A stretch of 64,000 nucleotides of DNA, from assembly GCA_963628785.1 (NCBI GenBank), contig CAVGGQ010000001.1:23969-87968 (forward strand). Direction: 5' to 3'. Each line of letters begins with the position of its first letter. Position 1 is the first letter of the stretch. This stretch comes from Oscillospiraceae bacterium (GTDB lineage Bacteria > Bacillota > Clostridia > Oscillospirales > Oscillospiraceae). This document shows positions 52,650 to 62,079 of this stretch, piece after piece. Made by a program: the position numbers and the translations under genes. The notes below the pieces were generated by a model. That model saw only the letters and a list, made by a program, of their open reading frames with translations. It searched no databases and had not been told where the DNA came from.

Positions 52650-53879
52650 ATGATAATGAAATTCAAGTCCGTGGCAGCGCTTCTCCTATCCCTGACGGTA
52701 CTGTTAGGGTTAAGCGGATGCGCCCTTTATGTGGATGATACACACAATGTTGCGGTTTCAACAGTGGCATCGGACGAGGCTTCCTCCGGCGAGGTCTCTG
52801 CTGATATCGCTGAAGAGGAAGTGGAAAAGCCTGTCGTGGTCGCATCCTATTGCGAACCCAATGAGTCTTTCTTCAACGCTTCCGCGCCAACGAGTTTTTA
52901 TGAGGATAAGACTTTCCAGGCAAAAGCCGGTTTCTTCAACGATGTATTTGTTGTCGATGGTACCTGGGACTACAGCGATGAGACCGGTCTAACGCTTGCC
53001 TATAGCGATGGTACGGCTATCCCCGTGACAGAAGAAGATGGAATTTACTCCTGGCAGCTTGAACTTTCGACATCTATGCCGGTAGCGCAGATTTTTGATA
53101 ACCGTCTTTCCGTATACGATTTGACCAGCTCCTGCAATGCAATCCTCGGCACATCTTATACTTTGCCGGAAGAACCCGCTTTCACGGTCAACTTCGCATC
53201 CGGCAACGATAATGTGAGTGGTGAAACCCCTGCATCCTTTACCGTGCACACCGGAGAAAGCTTCACACTCCCGGAAAATCCCTACAGCGGTCAATATACG
53301 CAATTTTCAGGCTGGTCGGTCAATGGTACTTTGTATCAGGCCGGTGATGCCGTGCAGGTTGAGGGATATTACAATTACGATATTACCGGTTCCTGGGACA
53401 TTCAGCACATAGCGGACGCTGTGACACAGGATGATTACAAGTATTCCTATGAGCAGCGGGATGGTATCCCGATGATTCTGTATGCTGACGGAACGGTTCG
53501 ATTGCACTATGCAAATCTGGTGACTGATCGAGGCTTCTGGGAAGTAACGGAAGACGATAATGGTCAGGCGGTTCTTTCCATCTATAATGAAATGGGAATC
53601 GCACCGGAAAATCTGATATCCGCCACAGAAGAAGACGGCGAACTGGTTTATTCTCAGGAAGGCTTCTATTATGACTGGGGTCAGCCGGATATCGGGTATG
53701 GCAGTGGAATTTTCCGCACTCTGTATACGCACAGAATTGATTTAGCCGCATTCCTTTCCGCCTACAACGAAACCTACGGAACGAGCTATGAGTCTGTTAG
53801 TGTGGGAAGCGGAACAGCTGTATTCACCGAACAGGATGACCCGAGTTCCGGCACACTGGGCATGATTATGCCATTTTGA
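52650..53879 (+). CDS. Lipoprotein of unknown function with a Listeria/Bacteroides-type (Flg_new-like) repeat
   Basis: 409 aa. Lipobox LLGLSGC. The repeat-like segment is FTLPENPYSGQYTQFSGWSVNGTLYQAGD. Confidence 0.6.
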   Translation: MIMKFKSVAALLLSLTVLLGLSGCALYVDDTHNVAVSTVASDEASSGEVSADIAEEEVEKPVVVASYCEPNESFFNASAPTSFYEDKTFQAKAGFFNDVFVVDGTWDYSDETGLTLAYSDGTAIPVTEEDGIYSWQLELSTSMPVAQIFDNRLSVYDLTSSCNAILGTSYTLPEEPAFTVNFASGNDNVSGETPASFTVHTGESFTLPENPYSGQYTQFSGWSVNGTLYQAGDAVQVEGYYNYDITGSWDIQHIADAVTQDDYKYSYEQRDGIPMILYADGTVRLHYANLVTDRGFWEVTEDDNGQAVLSIYNEMGIAPENLISATEEDGELVYSQEGFYYDWGQPDIGYGSGIFRTLYTHRIDLAAFLSAYNETYGTSYESVSVGSGTAVFTEQDDPSSGTLGMIMPF

Positions 53880-53896
53880 GAAAGAGGTGAACGATT

Positions 53897-54625
53897 ATGG
53901 CAGAAAATAAGAACAATGAAACGAAAGAACAGCTCTTGTCTGAATTGGAATGGGAGATAGACACTCGCTCCCGCAGACAGAAGCTAGAGATCCCTGTGGC
54001 TACACTGGGGGCATTTACCACTGCCTTGATGCTTGTAGTACCCTTGATTATCTATGACATTTTAGGCGCCGGTGCTTATTATTTCGAGTCCCATGCGCGT
54101 TCGCTTGTCAACATTTCGGCAGCCGCCGGCGGAAACTCGGTGGCAACCTTCTGGTTCGGACTGATTTATTTCTTCTCCCACACAGGTGGCGGCCAGTTTA
54201 TTCCGCAGCAGTTGTTTTCTGCACAGTGGATGGCTTTGCAGGCAATCAAATCCGACAGCATCCCCGCTGCGTATTCGACACTGGGGTCTGTTACGATGGT
54301 CCTGACGGTCCTGCTTTTTGCAACGGCGGTTGTCTCGCTGGTGCTGTATATTGCGGATCGCCATTCTTCGAAATCTGCTTTGCACAAAGCTGTTAAATAT
54401 TTTTCGCTCTCCGCTTTTTGCATCCAGGCGGTTACCGCTGTATGGTTTTTCATTATTGTGCTGGGGCTTTGTCTGAAAATCGAGCCAACCGGTCAGATAT
54501 ATAACATGCAGGACTTCATGGTCTATGGCGGTGTCAAAATGACCATTGAATGCGTTTTTGCTGCGGCAATGGCGGTTTTGAACATTCTTCTCTTTTGGAC
54601 GATCAAGAAGAAACCGAACGAATGA
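53897..54625 (+). CDS. Polytopic membrane protein of unknown function
   Basis: 242 aa with a GAGGTG SD and about 6 hydrophobic helices. No motif recognised. Confidence 0.55.
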   Translation: MAENKNNETKEQLLSELEWEIDTRSRRQKLEIPVATLGAFTTALMLVVPLIIYDILGAGAYYFESHARSLVNISAAAGGNSVATFWFGLIYFFSHTGGGQFIPQQLFSAQWMALQAIKSDSIPAAYSTLGSVTMVLTVLLFATAVVSLVLYIADRHSSKSALHKAVKYFSLSAFCIQAVTAVWFFIIVLGLCLKIEPTGQIYNMQDFMVYGGVKMTIECVFAAAMAVLNILLFWTIKKKPNE

Positions 54626-54836
54626 GATAAGCTACGACCGCACCACCGCAGTTTCCGATTCCACCGGCTCGCATTGATCTTAATTTCCTTTTCTCCTTTT
54701 TTCTCCCTGCTCCGGCCAACCGCCGGAGCAGGGGAGACACCTATTCGATAATTCTCCGGAGGGAGAAGCACAACTGCAATGTATTCCAACATTGTTCCTC
54801 CTAAAATCCGGTTCTCCCTTCTTTCTTTTTATCCAA

Positions 54837-54996
54837 GGCAACACCGCACAATGTCGTCTGCGGCACTTTACGGAAATTTTGCTCCCGCATTTCGTTGCAT
54901 TTCCTTGCAATACACAAAGTATTGCTGCGTCAATGTGCCTCATTCGGAAGCAAAATTTGCTTGCAAATCGCTCTTGCCGAATTATGCGGTATTGCC
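54837..54996 (+). repeat. MITE-like repeat, copy C (long form, 160 bp)
   Basis: GGCAACACCGCACAATGTCGTCTGCGGCACTTTACGG ... AAATCGCTCTTGCCGAATTATGCGGTATTGCC. It is flanked by CCAA on both sides and ends 26 nt before the GH3 start codon. Confidence 0.8.
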
Positions 54997-55022
54997 CCAA
55001 ATTTTGATTCGAGGTTATTTTC

Positions 55023-57419
55023 ATGCAGTATGCAGACATTATTTCCCGCCTTACCCTTTGGGAAAAGGCCCGCCTTCTCTCCGGCAAAAGCAATTGGGAA
55101 ACATATGCAGTTCCCAGGGAGAGCATCCCGTCTGTATTCTGCTCCGACGGCCCCCACGGTCTGCGCAAGCAGAAAGGTGCCGCCGACCATTTGGGTCTGA
55201 ATGAAAGCGTAAAGGCGACCTGCTTCCCGACCGCTTCCTGCCTTGCTAACAGCTGGGACGAGGAGCTCCTTCGTGAAGTCGGTACGGCCATCGGCACGGA
55301 AGCCACTGCAGAGGATGTTGACATCCTGCTCGGCCCCGCGCTCAATACCAAACGAGATCCGCTCTGCGGACGCAACTTTGAATACTATTCCGAGGATGCT
55401 TACCTCGCGGGAAAACTCGCGGCAGCTTACATCCGCGGCTTGGAACATACGGGCACGACCGCATGCCCGAAGCACTTTGCGGCCAACTCACAGGAACTCG
55501 GACGCATGTACAGCGACTCCGTCGCCGATGACCGCACCCTGCACGAAGCCTACCTCACCGGCTTTGAGATCGCCGTAAAGGAAGGACACCCCGGTGCGAT
55601 CATGAGCTCCTATAATAAGATCAACGGCACCTACGCGAACGAAAACTCCCGGCTCCTCACGGAGGTGCTGCGCAAAAAGTGGGGCTTTGACGGTGCCGTG
55701 ATCACCGACTGGGGCGGCTCCAACGATATCGTCGCCGGCATCGCTGCGGGTTCAACGCTCGAAATGCCGGGCCCTGTGCTCGACAGTGCCGAGCGGCTCG
55801 TGCGCGCCGTCAGCTCCGGAAAGCTCTCCGAGGAAATAGTCAACAAGCGCGTGGACGAGCTTCTCACCATCGCGCTGCGCGAAAAGAAATCGGCCGAGCC
55901 GAAGTTTGAAGAGCATCACGCCCTTGCAAAAAAAGCGGCCTCCGAGGGCATCGTACTTTTGAAAAACGAAAATTCCCTTCTGCCGCTCTCTCTTGATAAA
56001 AAAATCGCCGTCATCGGCACCTTCGCCGAGACGCCGCGCTTCCAGGGCGCGGGCTCCAGCCTTGTAAACCCGACATTCATCGATAAACCGCTCGAATGTT
56101 ACCGTGCGGCGGGACTTTCTGTCATCGGCTATGCCGCCGGATGCCGCCGCGACGGAAAAGCGGACGAGAGGTTGCTCGCGGAAGCCGCCGCGCTCGCAAA
56201 GAAGGCGGACATCGTCCTTCTTCACATCGGTCTTCCCGAAGCGTTCGAGAGCGAAGGCCTTGACCGCACCACCATGGCGCTCCCCGAAAATCAGCTCGAG
56301 CTTTGGGGAACTGTCCTGAACGCGAACCCGAACACCGTCGTCATCCTTTCCGCCGGTTCTCCGGTAGAACTTCCCCTGACCGATGCGACTCCCGCCATCG
56401 TACAGGCGTATCTTTACGGTCAGGCGGGCGCAGCCGCCATGGCCGATATTCTTACGGGAAATATCTCACCGTCCGGCAAGAGCGCGGAAACATATCCGAT
56501 GGCATGGGAAGATGTACCGGGTTATTCCGATTATCCGGCTCCCGGTGAGCACGCGCTCTACCGCGAGAGCCTGTTTATCGGCTATCGCTATTATGACACG
56601 GTCGACAAAGCCGTCCGCTTCCCGTTCGGCCACGGCCTGAGCTATACGACTTTCGCTTACTCCGACTTGGAGATCGCAAAGAACGCCGTGCGTTTCACCG
56701 TTACGAACACCGGAAAGTACGAGAGTGCGGAGATCGCGCAGCTCTATATCGGCAAGCCGGAGAGCAAGATTTTCCGCCCGAAAAAGGAAATCAAGGGCTT
56801 TGCCCGCCTCACCCTGAAACCCGGCGAGAGCCGTCGCACGGAGATCGCGTTTGACGACAAGTCGTTCCGCTACTTCAATGTGAAAACCGGAAAGTTTGAA
56901 GAAGAGGCCGGAACATACGAGCTTTATATCGGTGCCTCCTCCGTGGACATCCGCCTCGAGGGAACGATCGAGCGCACAGGCACAGATGCTCCCGCACCGT
57001 ACGACAAAGAAGCTTTGCCCTCGTATTTCTCCGGACATATCGAGAATGTGAGCGACGCGGAATTTGAATCACTTCTCGGCCACCCCACTCCGAATGAGCC
57101 GTTCGACCGCGAAGTTTTGTGGAACAGCCCGGTATCGAAGCTGGCCGACTGTAAAAGCGGCTTCTGCCGCATGATCGGGAAAATCTTGAAGCGCAAAGTC
57201 GAAAATGCAAAAAAGCCCGACTTGAATCTTCTCTTCGTCTATCGCCTGCCCATCCGCGGCATTCCCAAAATGATGGGAGCCTTTGTAAACATCCAAATGG
57301 CGGAAGGCATCCGTATGGCAGCCAACGGCCGCTTCTTCCGAGGCCTGGGACGGATCATTCGAGGCTTTTTCGCCGGACGGAAACAGCTGAAAGCATTGCA
57401 AAGTGACAGAAAGGCATGA
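55023..57419 (+). CDS. GH3 beta-glucosidase (intact, canonical domain order, long C-terminal extension)
   Basis: 798 aa. Motifs: SDGPHGLRKQ, FEYYSEDAYLAG, KHFAANSQE, SSYNKINGTY, VITDWGG, NPNTVVIL, GYRYYD, PFGHGLSYTTF. Confidence 0.9.
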   Translation: MQYADIISRLTLWEKARLLSGKSNWETYAVPRESIPSVFCSDGPHGLRKQKGAADHLGLNESVKATCFPTASCLANSWDEELLREVGTAIGTEATAEDVDILLGPALNTKRDPLCGRNFEYYSEDAYLAGKLAAAYIRGLEHTGTTACPKHFAANSQELGRMYSDSVADDRTLHEAYLTGFEIAVKEGHPGAIMSSYNKINGTYANENSRLLTEVLRKKWGFDGAVITDWGGSNDIVAGIAAGSTLEMPGPVLDSAERLVRAVSSGKLSEEIVNKRVDELLTIALREKKSAEPKFEEHHALAKKAASEGIVLLKNENSLLPLSLDKKIAVIGTFAETPRFQGAGSSLVNPTFIDKPLECYRAAGLSVIGYAAGCRRDGKADERLLAEAAALAKKADIVLLHIGLPEAFESEGLDRTTMALPENQLELWGTVLNANPNTVVILSAGSPVELPLTDATPAIVQAYLYGQAGAAAMADILTGNISPSGKSAETYPMAWEDVPGYSDYPAPGEHALYRESLFIGYRYYDTVDKAVRFPFGHGLSYTTFAYSDLEIAKNAVRFTVTNTGKYESAEIAQLYIGKPESKIFRPKKEIKGFARLTLKPGESRRTEIAFDDKSFRYFNVKTGKFEEEAGTYELYIGASSVDIRLEGTIERTGTDAPAPYDKEALPSYFSGHIENVSDAEFESLLGHPTPNEPFDREVLWNSPVSKLADCKSGFCRMIGKILKRKVENAKKPDLNLLFVYRLPIRGIPKMMGAFVNIQMAEGIRMAANGRFFRGLGRIIRGFFAGRKQLKALQSDRKA

Positions 57420-57454
57420 TATAATATCCAAAAATTTGCATATCGGTTAACCGA

Positions 57455-58636
57455 ATGAGAAAAGCGAGGCCTAAGTTGACGGAACACAACAGTTCGTTTG
57501 ATATCGTGGTCGTCGGCGCCGGATTCGCCGGAGCCGCTGCGGCCCGCCTGATGGCGGAAAAAGGAAACACTGTGCTCGTACTGGAGCAAACCGACCGCAT
57601 CGGCGGCAGCACCTGCGATGAGCGCAATGCAGCGGGGCTTTTGATCCATCCGTTCGGACCGCATATCTTTCACACGAATGACAAGAAAGTCTACGATTTT
57701 CTCTCCCGCTTTACGGCGTGGCGTCCCTATCATCACCGCGTCCTTGCCAAAATCGGCAGTATGACGATCCCCGTGCCGTTCAATCTAACTTCGCTCGAAG
57801 CGGTCTTCCCGGAGGACGCGGAAAAGCTCTCCCGGGAACTGATGGAAACCTTTGGCGAGGGAGCAAATGTTCGCCTCAAAAGCCTTCTCACAAGTGAAAT
57901 TGCCGACATCCGTCGCGTGGGCGAATATGTGCGCGAGAATATTTTCCGCTATTATTCCGAAAAGCAGTGGGGGATACCCTTTGAGAAAATGGATCCGTCC
58001 GCGCCGGACCGTGTACCCATCCGCCTCAGCCGCGAGGACGGCTATTTTACCGACACTTATCAGGGCATGCCAGCCGACGGCTATACGCCTGTTTTCGAGC
58101 GTATGCTCGATCACCCCGATATTACGCTCGCCCTCGGCACATCGGCGATATCGCGCCTCTGCCTTTCGGACGGCATCGTTCTGCTTGACGGCGTTCCCTT
58201 CGCCGGCCATGTCATATACACGGGTGCGGCGGACGCGCTTTTCGAAAATTGCTTCGGCGCCCTGCCGTACCGCACGGTACGCTTCGAGTTTGAAACGCTG
58301 AACACCGAGCACTTCCAGAGCGTCGGCACGGTAAACTACACTGTGAGCGAAAAATTTACGCGCATCACGGAATTCAAACACCTCACGGGCGATGCATCCC
58401 CGGTCACGACTATCTTGCGGGAGTACCCGAAGGCGTATGTCCAAGGCCAAGGCGACAGCCCGTATTACCCCATCGCCTCTCAAGAGAGCGCGGAGCTGTA
58501 TGCAAAATACGCCTCCCTTGCCAAACAGTATTCCCGCCTTCATCTCCTCGGCCGTCTCGGTGAATACAAGTATTACAACATGGACGCCGTGGTGCGCCGC
58601 GCCATCGATGTGACGAGCGATATTCGGAAAGGATAA
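57455..58636 (+). CDS. glf: UDP-galactopyranose mutase
   Basis: FDIVVVGAGFAGAAAA..VLVLEQTDRIGG..HPFGPHIFHTN..YQGMPADGYT..GRLGEYKYYNMD. The start is either 57455 or the TTG at 57476. Confidence 0.85.
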   Translation: MRKARPKLTEHNSSFDIVVVGAGFAGAAAARLMAEKGNTVLVLEQTDRIGGSTCDERNAAGLLIHPFGPHIFHTNDKKVYDFLSRFTAWRPYHHRVLAKIGSMTIPVPFNLTSLEAVFPEDAEKLSRELMETFGEGANVRLKSLLTSEIADIRRVGEYVRENIFRYYSEKQWGIPFEKMDPSAPDRVPIRLSREDGYFTDTYQGMPADGYTPVFERMLDHPDITLALGTSAISRLCLSDGIVLLDGVPFAGHVIYTGAADALFENCFGALPYRTVRFEFETLNTEHFQSVGTVNYTVSEKFTRITEFKHLTGDASPVTTILREYPKAYVQGQGDSPYYPIASQESAELYAKYASLAKQYSRLHLLGRLGEYKYYNMDAVVRRAIDVTSDIRKG

Positions 58637-58645
58637 CCAATCGGT

Positions 58646-59653
58646 ATGAAAATCACCTTTGCCGTCCCGTGCTACAACTCGGCGGCCTATATGAGAAAAT
58701 GCATCGAGAGTCTTCTCTCTGTCGATGACCCGAAGGCGGAGATCGTGCTCGTCGATGACGGCTCTTCGGACGATACGCCCGCCATCGCAGATGACTACGC
58801 CGCCGAATATCCGGAGAAGATCCGCGCCATCCATCAGGAAAACCGCGGCCACGGCGGCGCCGTGATGACCGGCCTTGCCAACGCCCGCGGCGAGTATTTC
58901 AAGGTCGTAGACAGTGACGACTGGCTCGACACGAAAGCCCTCGCCGAGGTGCTGCACTTTCTCGATGCCCCGCAGGAAAAACCGGATATGATCGTGTGCA
59001 ATTATGTATATGACAAGGTCGGTACCGCGCACAAAAAAGTGATATCTTACGGCAATGCCCTGCCCGAGCGCAAGATCATTTCCTGGGACGAAGTCGGCCA
59101 CTTCGCCAAAGGACAGTATATGCTCATGCACGCCGTGATCTACCGCACGGAACTCCTTCGCACCTGCGGGCTCGACCTGCCGCTGCATACCTTCTATGTG
59201 GACAACCTTTTTGTGTATGTCCCCATGGCGCAGGTTCACACGCTCTATTATATTCCCTGTGACCTCTACCATTATTTCATCGGCCGCGAAGATCAATCTG
59301 TGCACGAGGCGGTAATGATCCGCCGCATCGAGCAGCAGATGCGTGTCAACCGCCTCATGGCCGAGCAGCTCGATCCGATGCAGGTGGAAAACCACCGCGT
59401 GGCAAAGTACCTGTTCAATTATCTCGAGATCGTCACCGCTGTCACCTGCATCCTCACGACCATCAGCGACAGTGAGGAAAACTATCAAAAGCGCGATGCG
59501 CTATGGGCCTCGATCGAAACAGCCAACCCGAAGCTCTGCCGCAAGCTGCGCCGCGGCATCCTCTGCTTCTCCACCTGTCCCAGGACCCGCCCCGGCCGCA
59601 AGATCGCCATCGCAGAATACAAACTCGCCAACAAAATTTTCGGCTTCAACTGA
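58646..59653 (+). CDS. Family 2 glycosyltransferase
   Basis: 335 aa. ITFAVPCYNSAAYM, VLVDDGSSDDT, FKVVDSDDWL. Confidence 0.85.
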   Translation: MKITFAVPCYNSAAYMRKCIESLLSVDDPKAEIVLVDDGSSDDTPAIADDYAAEYPEKIRAIHQENRGHGGAVMTGLANARGEYFKVVDSDDWLDTKALAEVLHFLDAPQEKPDMIVCNYVYDKVGTAHKKVISYGNALPERKIISWDEVGHFAKGQYMLMHAVIYRTELLRTCGLDLPLHTFYVDNLFVYVPMAQVHTLYYIPCDLYHYFIGREDQSVHEAVMIRRIEQQMRVNRLMAEQLDPMQVENHRVAKYLFNYLEIVTAVTCILTTISDSEENYQKRDALWASIETANPKLCRKLRRGILCFSTCPRTRPGRKIAIAEYKLANKIFGFN

Positions 59654-59668
59654 ATCGTGATCCCACCT

Positions 59669-59695
59669 CTCCCCGCCCGTCGGGGAGCATTTTTA
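59669..59695 (+). terminator. Rho-independent terminator
   Basis: CTCCCCG (59669-59675) pairs with CGGGGAG (59681-59687), followed by CATTTTTATT. Confidence 0.7.
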
Positions 59696-59724
59696 TTGCA
59701 ATGAAGCCGTAAATACGGTACAAT
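59696..59724 (+). promoter_or_regulatory. Putative sigma-A promoter upstream of the small ORF and ispE
   Basis: TTGCAA (59696-59701), 17 nt, TACAAT (59719-59724). Confidence 0.5.
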
Positions 59725-59760
59725 GCATGTGTCACTCAAAGTGATAAGCGGAGGAAAATT

Positions 59761-60006
59761 ATGTATCATTTTATGAATACGGGTACATCCTACTCAGATA
59801 CTGCCGTACCGGCTTGCTCGGACGGATCGCTTGCCGCCTATGCGGTCATTCAAGATGCGAAGCTCCCTTTGCTGCTCGACAAATCGGCAGACACAGATCC
59901 GGCTGCCAAAGCCGCACTCTACCGAACTTGCGCCCGGTGCATGCCCGCAGAATATAAGATCCGGAAGGCATCGCAGGAAGACATGAGCGGGAGGGACCGG
60001 AAATGA
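59761..60006 (+). CDS. Hypothetical 81-aa protein, translationally coupled to ispE
   Basis: Strong GCGGAGGAAAA SD. Its stop overlaps the ispE start (ATGA). No recognisable motif. Confidence 0.4.
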   Translation: MYHFMNTGTSYSDTAVPACSDGSLAAYAVIQDAKLPLLLDKSADTDPAAKAALYRTCARCMPAEYKIRKASQEDMSGRDRK

Positions 60007-60869
60007 CGATCACGGAGAAGGCTTATGCAAAACTTAATTATTCGCTCGATGTGCGCGGAAAACGCACAGACGGATACCATGACCTCACCATGGTGATGGG
60101 AAGCGTCTCCCTTTGGGACGATGTGGAAGTTACGCTCCGTACCGACGGACGCATTAACGCCGCGTGCTCGCTCCCCTGGCTCCCCCGGGACGAGCGGAAT
60201 CTTGCCGTTCGCGCGGCGAAAGAATTCTTTCGCGAACTGGATGACGCTGATCTCGGCGCGGACATCCGCATCGAAAAACGCGTGCCGGTCAGCGCCGGCA
60301 TGGCGGGCGGCAGCACGGACGCCGCCGCCGTTCTGCGCGCTCTCAATATATTGACCGGAGCGAACTTCCCGGCGGAGCGCCTGCGGGAGATCGGACTTGC
60401 CATCGGCTCGGACGTGCCGTACTGCGTCTCCGGCGGAATGATGCTTGCGGAAGGGCGCGGTGAGATACTCGCGCCGCTGCCGGAGCTGCCGGGCGGATGG
60501 ATCGTCATTGCCAAACCGGCCTTTTCCGTATCGACCGCCGACCTGTTCCGCCGCATTGACAAAAGCCGCATCATGGCGCACCCCGATACGCACGGTCTCT
60601 GCGATGCGCTTAAAGCAGGCGACCTGCATGGCGCGGCGCGGCGCATGTTCAATGTATTTGAAGAGGCTCTCCCGCAAAGCTCCCGCGAGATCTTCGCCAT
60701 ACGCGGCACACTTCTCGACAGCGGCGCACTCGGCGCCGTGATGACCGGCACAGGCAGCGCCGTGTTCGGCGTATTCGATGAGGAGAAAACGGCGCGGGCG
60801 GCCTATGAGCGCCTTCGGGAGCGATACCGCGAGAGCTTTCTCGTTCGCGGCATCGAACGCATTCTTTAA
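60003..60869 (+). CDS. ispE: 4-diphosphocytidyl-2-C-methyl-D-erythritol kinase
   Basis: 288 aa. AYAKLNYSLDV.GKR.DGYH and the GHMP motif KRVPVSAGMAGGSTDAAAVL. Confidence 0.9.
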   Translation: MTITEKAYAKLNYSLDVRGKRTDGYHDLTMVMGSVSLWDDVEVTLRTDGRINAACSLPWLPRDERNLAVRAAKEFFRELDDADLGADIRIEKRVPVSAGMAGGSTDAAAVLRALNILTGANFPAERLREIGLAIGSDVPYCVSGGMMLAEGRGEILAPLPELPGGWIVIAKPAFSVSTADLFRRIDKSRIMAHPDTHGLCDALKAGDLHGAARRMFNVFEEALPQSSREIFAIRGTLLDSGALGAVMTGTGSAVFGVFDEEKTARAAYERLRERYRESFLVRGIERIL

Positions 60870-60918
60870 CGGATTCTTTATGCTGTTCTATGGTAAAATC
60901 ACATCGAGGTGAATCGCC

Positions 60919-62079
60919 TTGTGGAAGAAGGAAAACTGGAAGCTGACATGGAAGGGCGTAGGCGTTATGGTATCGCTCTTCGCGTTGGCCACGCTCATCT
61001 GCGGCTTGCTGCAACAGTTCGACTTTAGCGGCGGCGAGGTGAGAAACGAAACCTATGTGCCGCTCGTATATGTCCTGTGCGTGCTGCTCACATCACTCCT
61101 AACGGAAGGATATCTCTGCGGCATGATCGTCTCGCTCGCCAGTGTGTTCGCCGTGAACTATGTGTTTACCTATCCCTATATGGCATTAAACTTCACGCTG
61201 GAAGGCTACCCGGTGACCTTCGTCACCATGCTCACGGTGTCCATTACCGTCAACACCCTGACGACGGATCTGCAGCGGCAGGAGCGCATCCGCATGGAAG
61301 CGGAAAGCGAGCGCATGCGCGCCAATCTCCTGCGCGCCATTTCGCACGACCTTCGCACGCCGCTTACGGCCATTGCCGGCTCTGCCGCGGCACTCCGCGA
61401 TAACGACAACCTGCCCGACTGGCAGAAAAAGCAGCTCCTTGACAGCATCAACGCCGATGCCGGGTGGCTCATCCGCATGGTGGAGAACCTTCTTTCCGTC
61501 ACGCGCATTGGCCTGGATGAAGCGCACATTGAAAAGCAGGACGAGGTCGGCGAGGAAGTCATTTTCTCGGCCATTTCCAAGTTCCGCTCGCATTTTTCGA
61601 ATGTCGCGGTCAAACCCGACCTGCCGGAGTCGGTGCTGCTCGTGCCGATGGATCCGGTGCTGATTGAGCAGGTGCTCACAAACCTCCTGGAAAATTCTGC
61701 TCGCCACGGTGCGGCCACGGAGATCACGGTCTCTCTTGAGCGCAGGGGCGATGTCGCTGTGTTCTCCGTCATCGATAACGGCACCGGCATCCGCCGTGAC
61801 AAGCTGCCGCATCTCTTTGACGGTAAGGGCTTCGAGCCGGAAAAGAACGGCGTCGGCGGCCGCAGCCAGATGGGCATCGGCCTTTCCGTCTGCATGTCTA
61901 TTGTAAAAGCGCACGGCGGCAGCATGAGCGCCTGCAATCTTGACGGGTGCGGCACGAAAGTGAGCTTCTCCCTGCCACTGCCGGAGGAGAGCGCAAACAA
62001 CTACGGCTCGCCGGAAGACCCCGCCCCTGACGGGGAAAACTTCACCGAAGAAGGAGAAAACCATGGAAACGAAGGATAA
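60919..62079 (+). CDS. KdpD-C-terminal-type sensor histidine kinase (membrane DUF4118-like domain, HisKA and HATPase; no N-terminal KdpD/Usp domains)
   Basis: 386 aa with a TTG start (uncertain). 3-4 TM helices, H-box LLRAISHDLRTPLTAI, N-box LTNLLENSARH, G-box GIGLSV. Confidence 0.75.
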   Translation: MWKKENWKLTWKGVGVMVSLFALATLICGLLQQFDFSGGEVRNETYVPLVYVLCVLLTSLLTEGYLCGMIVSLASVFAVNYVFTYPYMALNFTLEGYPVTFVTMLTVSITVNTLTTDLQRQERIRMEAESERMRANLLRAISHDLRTPLTAIAGSAAALRDNDNLPDWQKKQLLDSINADAGWLIRMVENLLSVTRIGLDEAHIEKQDEVGEEVIFSAISKFRSHFSNVAVKPDLPESVLLVPMDPVLIEQVLTNLLENSARHGAATEITVSLERRGDVAVFSVIDNGTGIRRDKLPHLFDGKGFEPEKNGVGGRSQMGIGLSVCMSIVKAHGGSMSACNLDGCGTKVSFSLPLPEESANNYGSPEDPAPDGENFTEEGENHGNEG

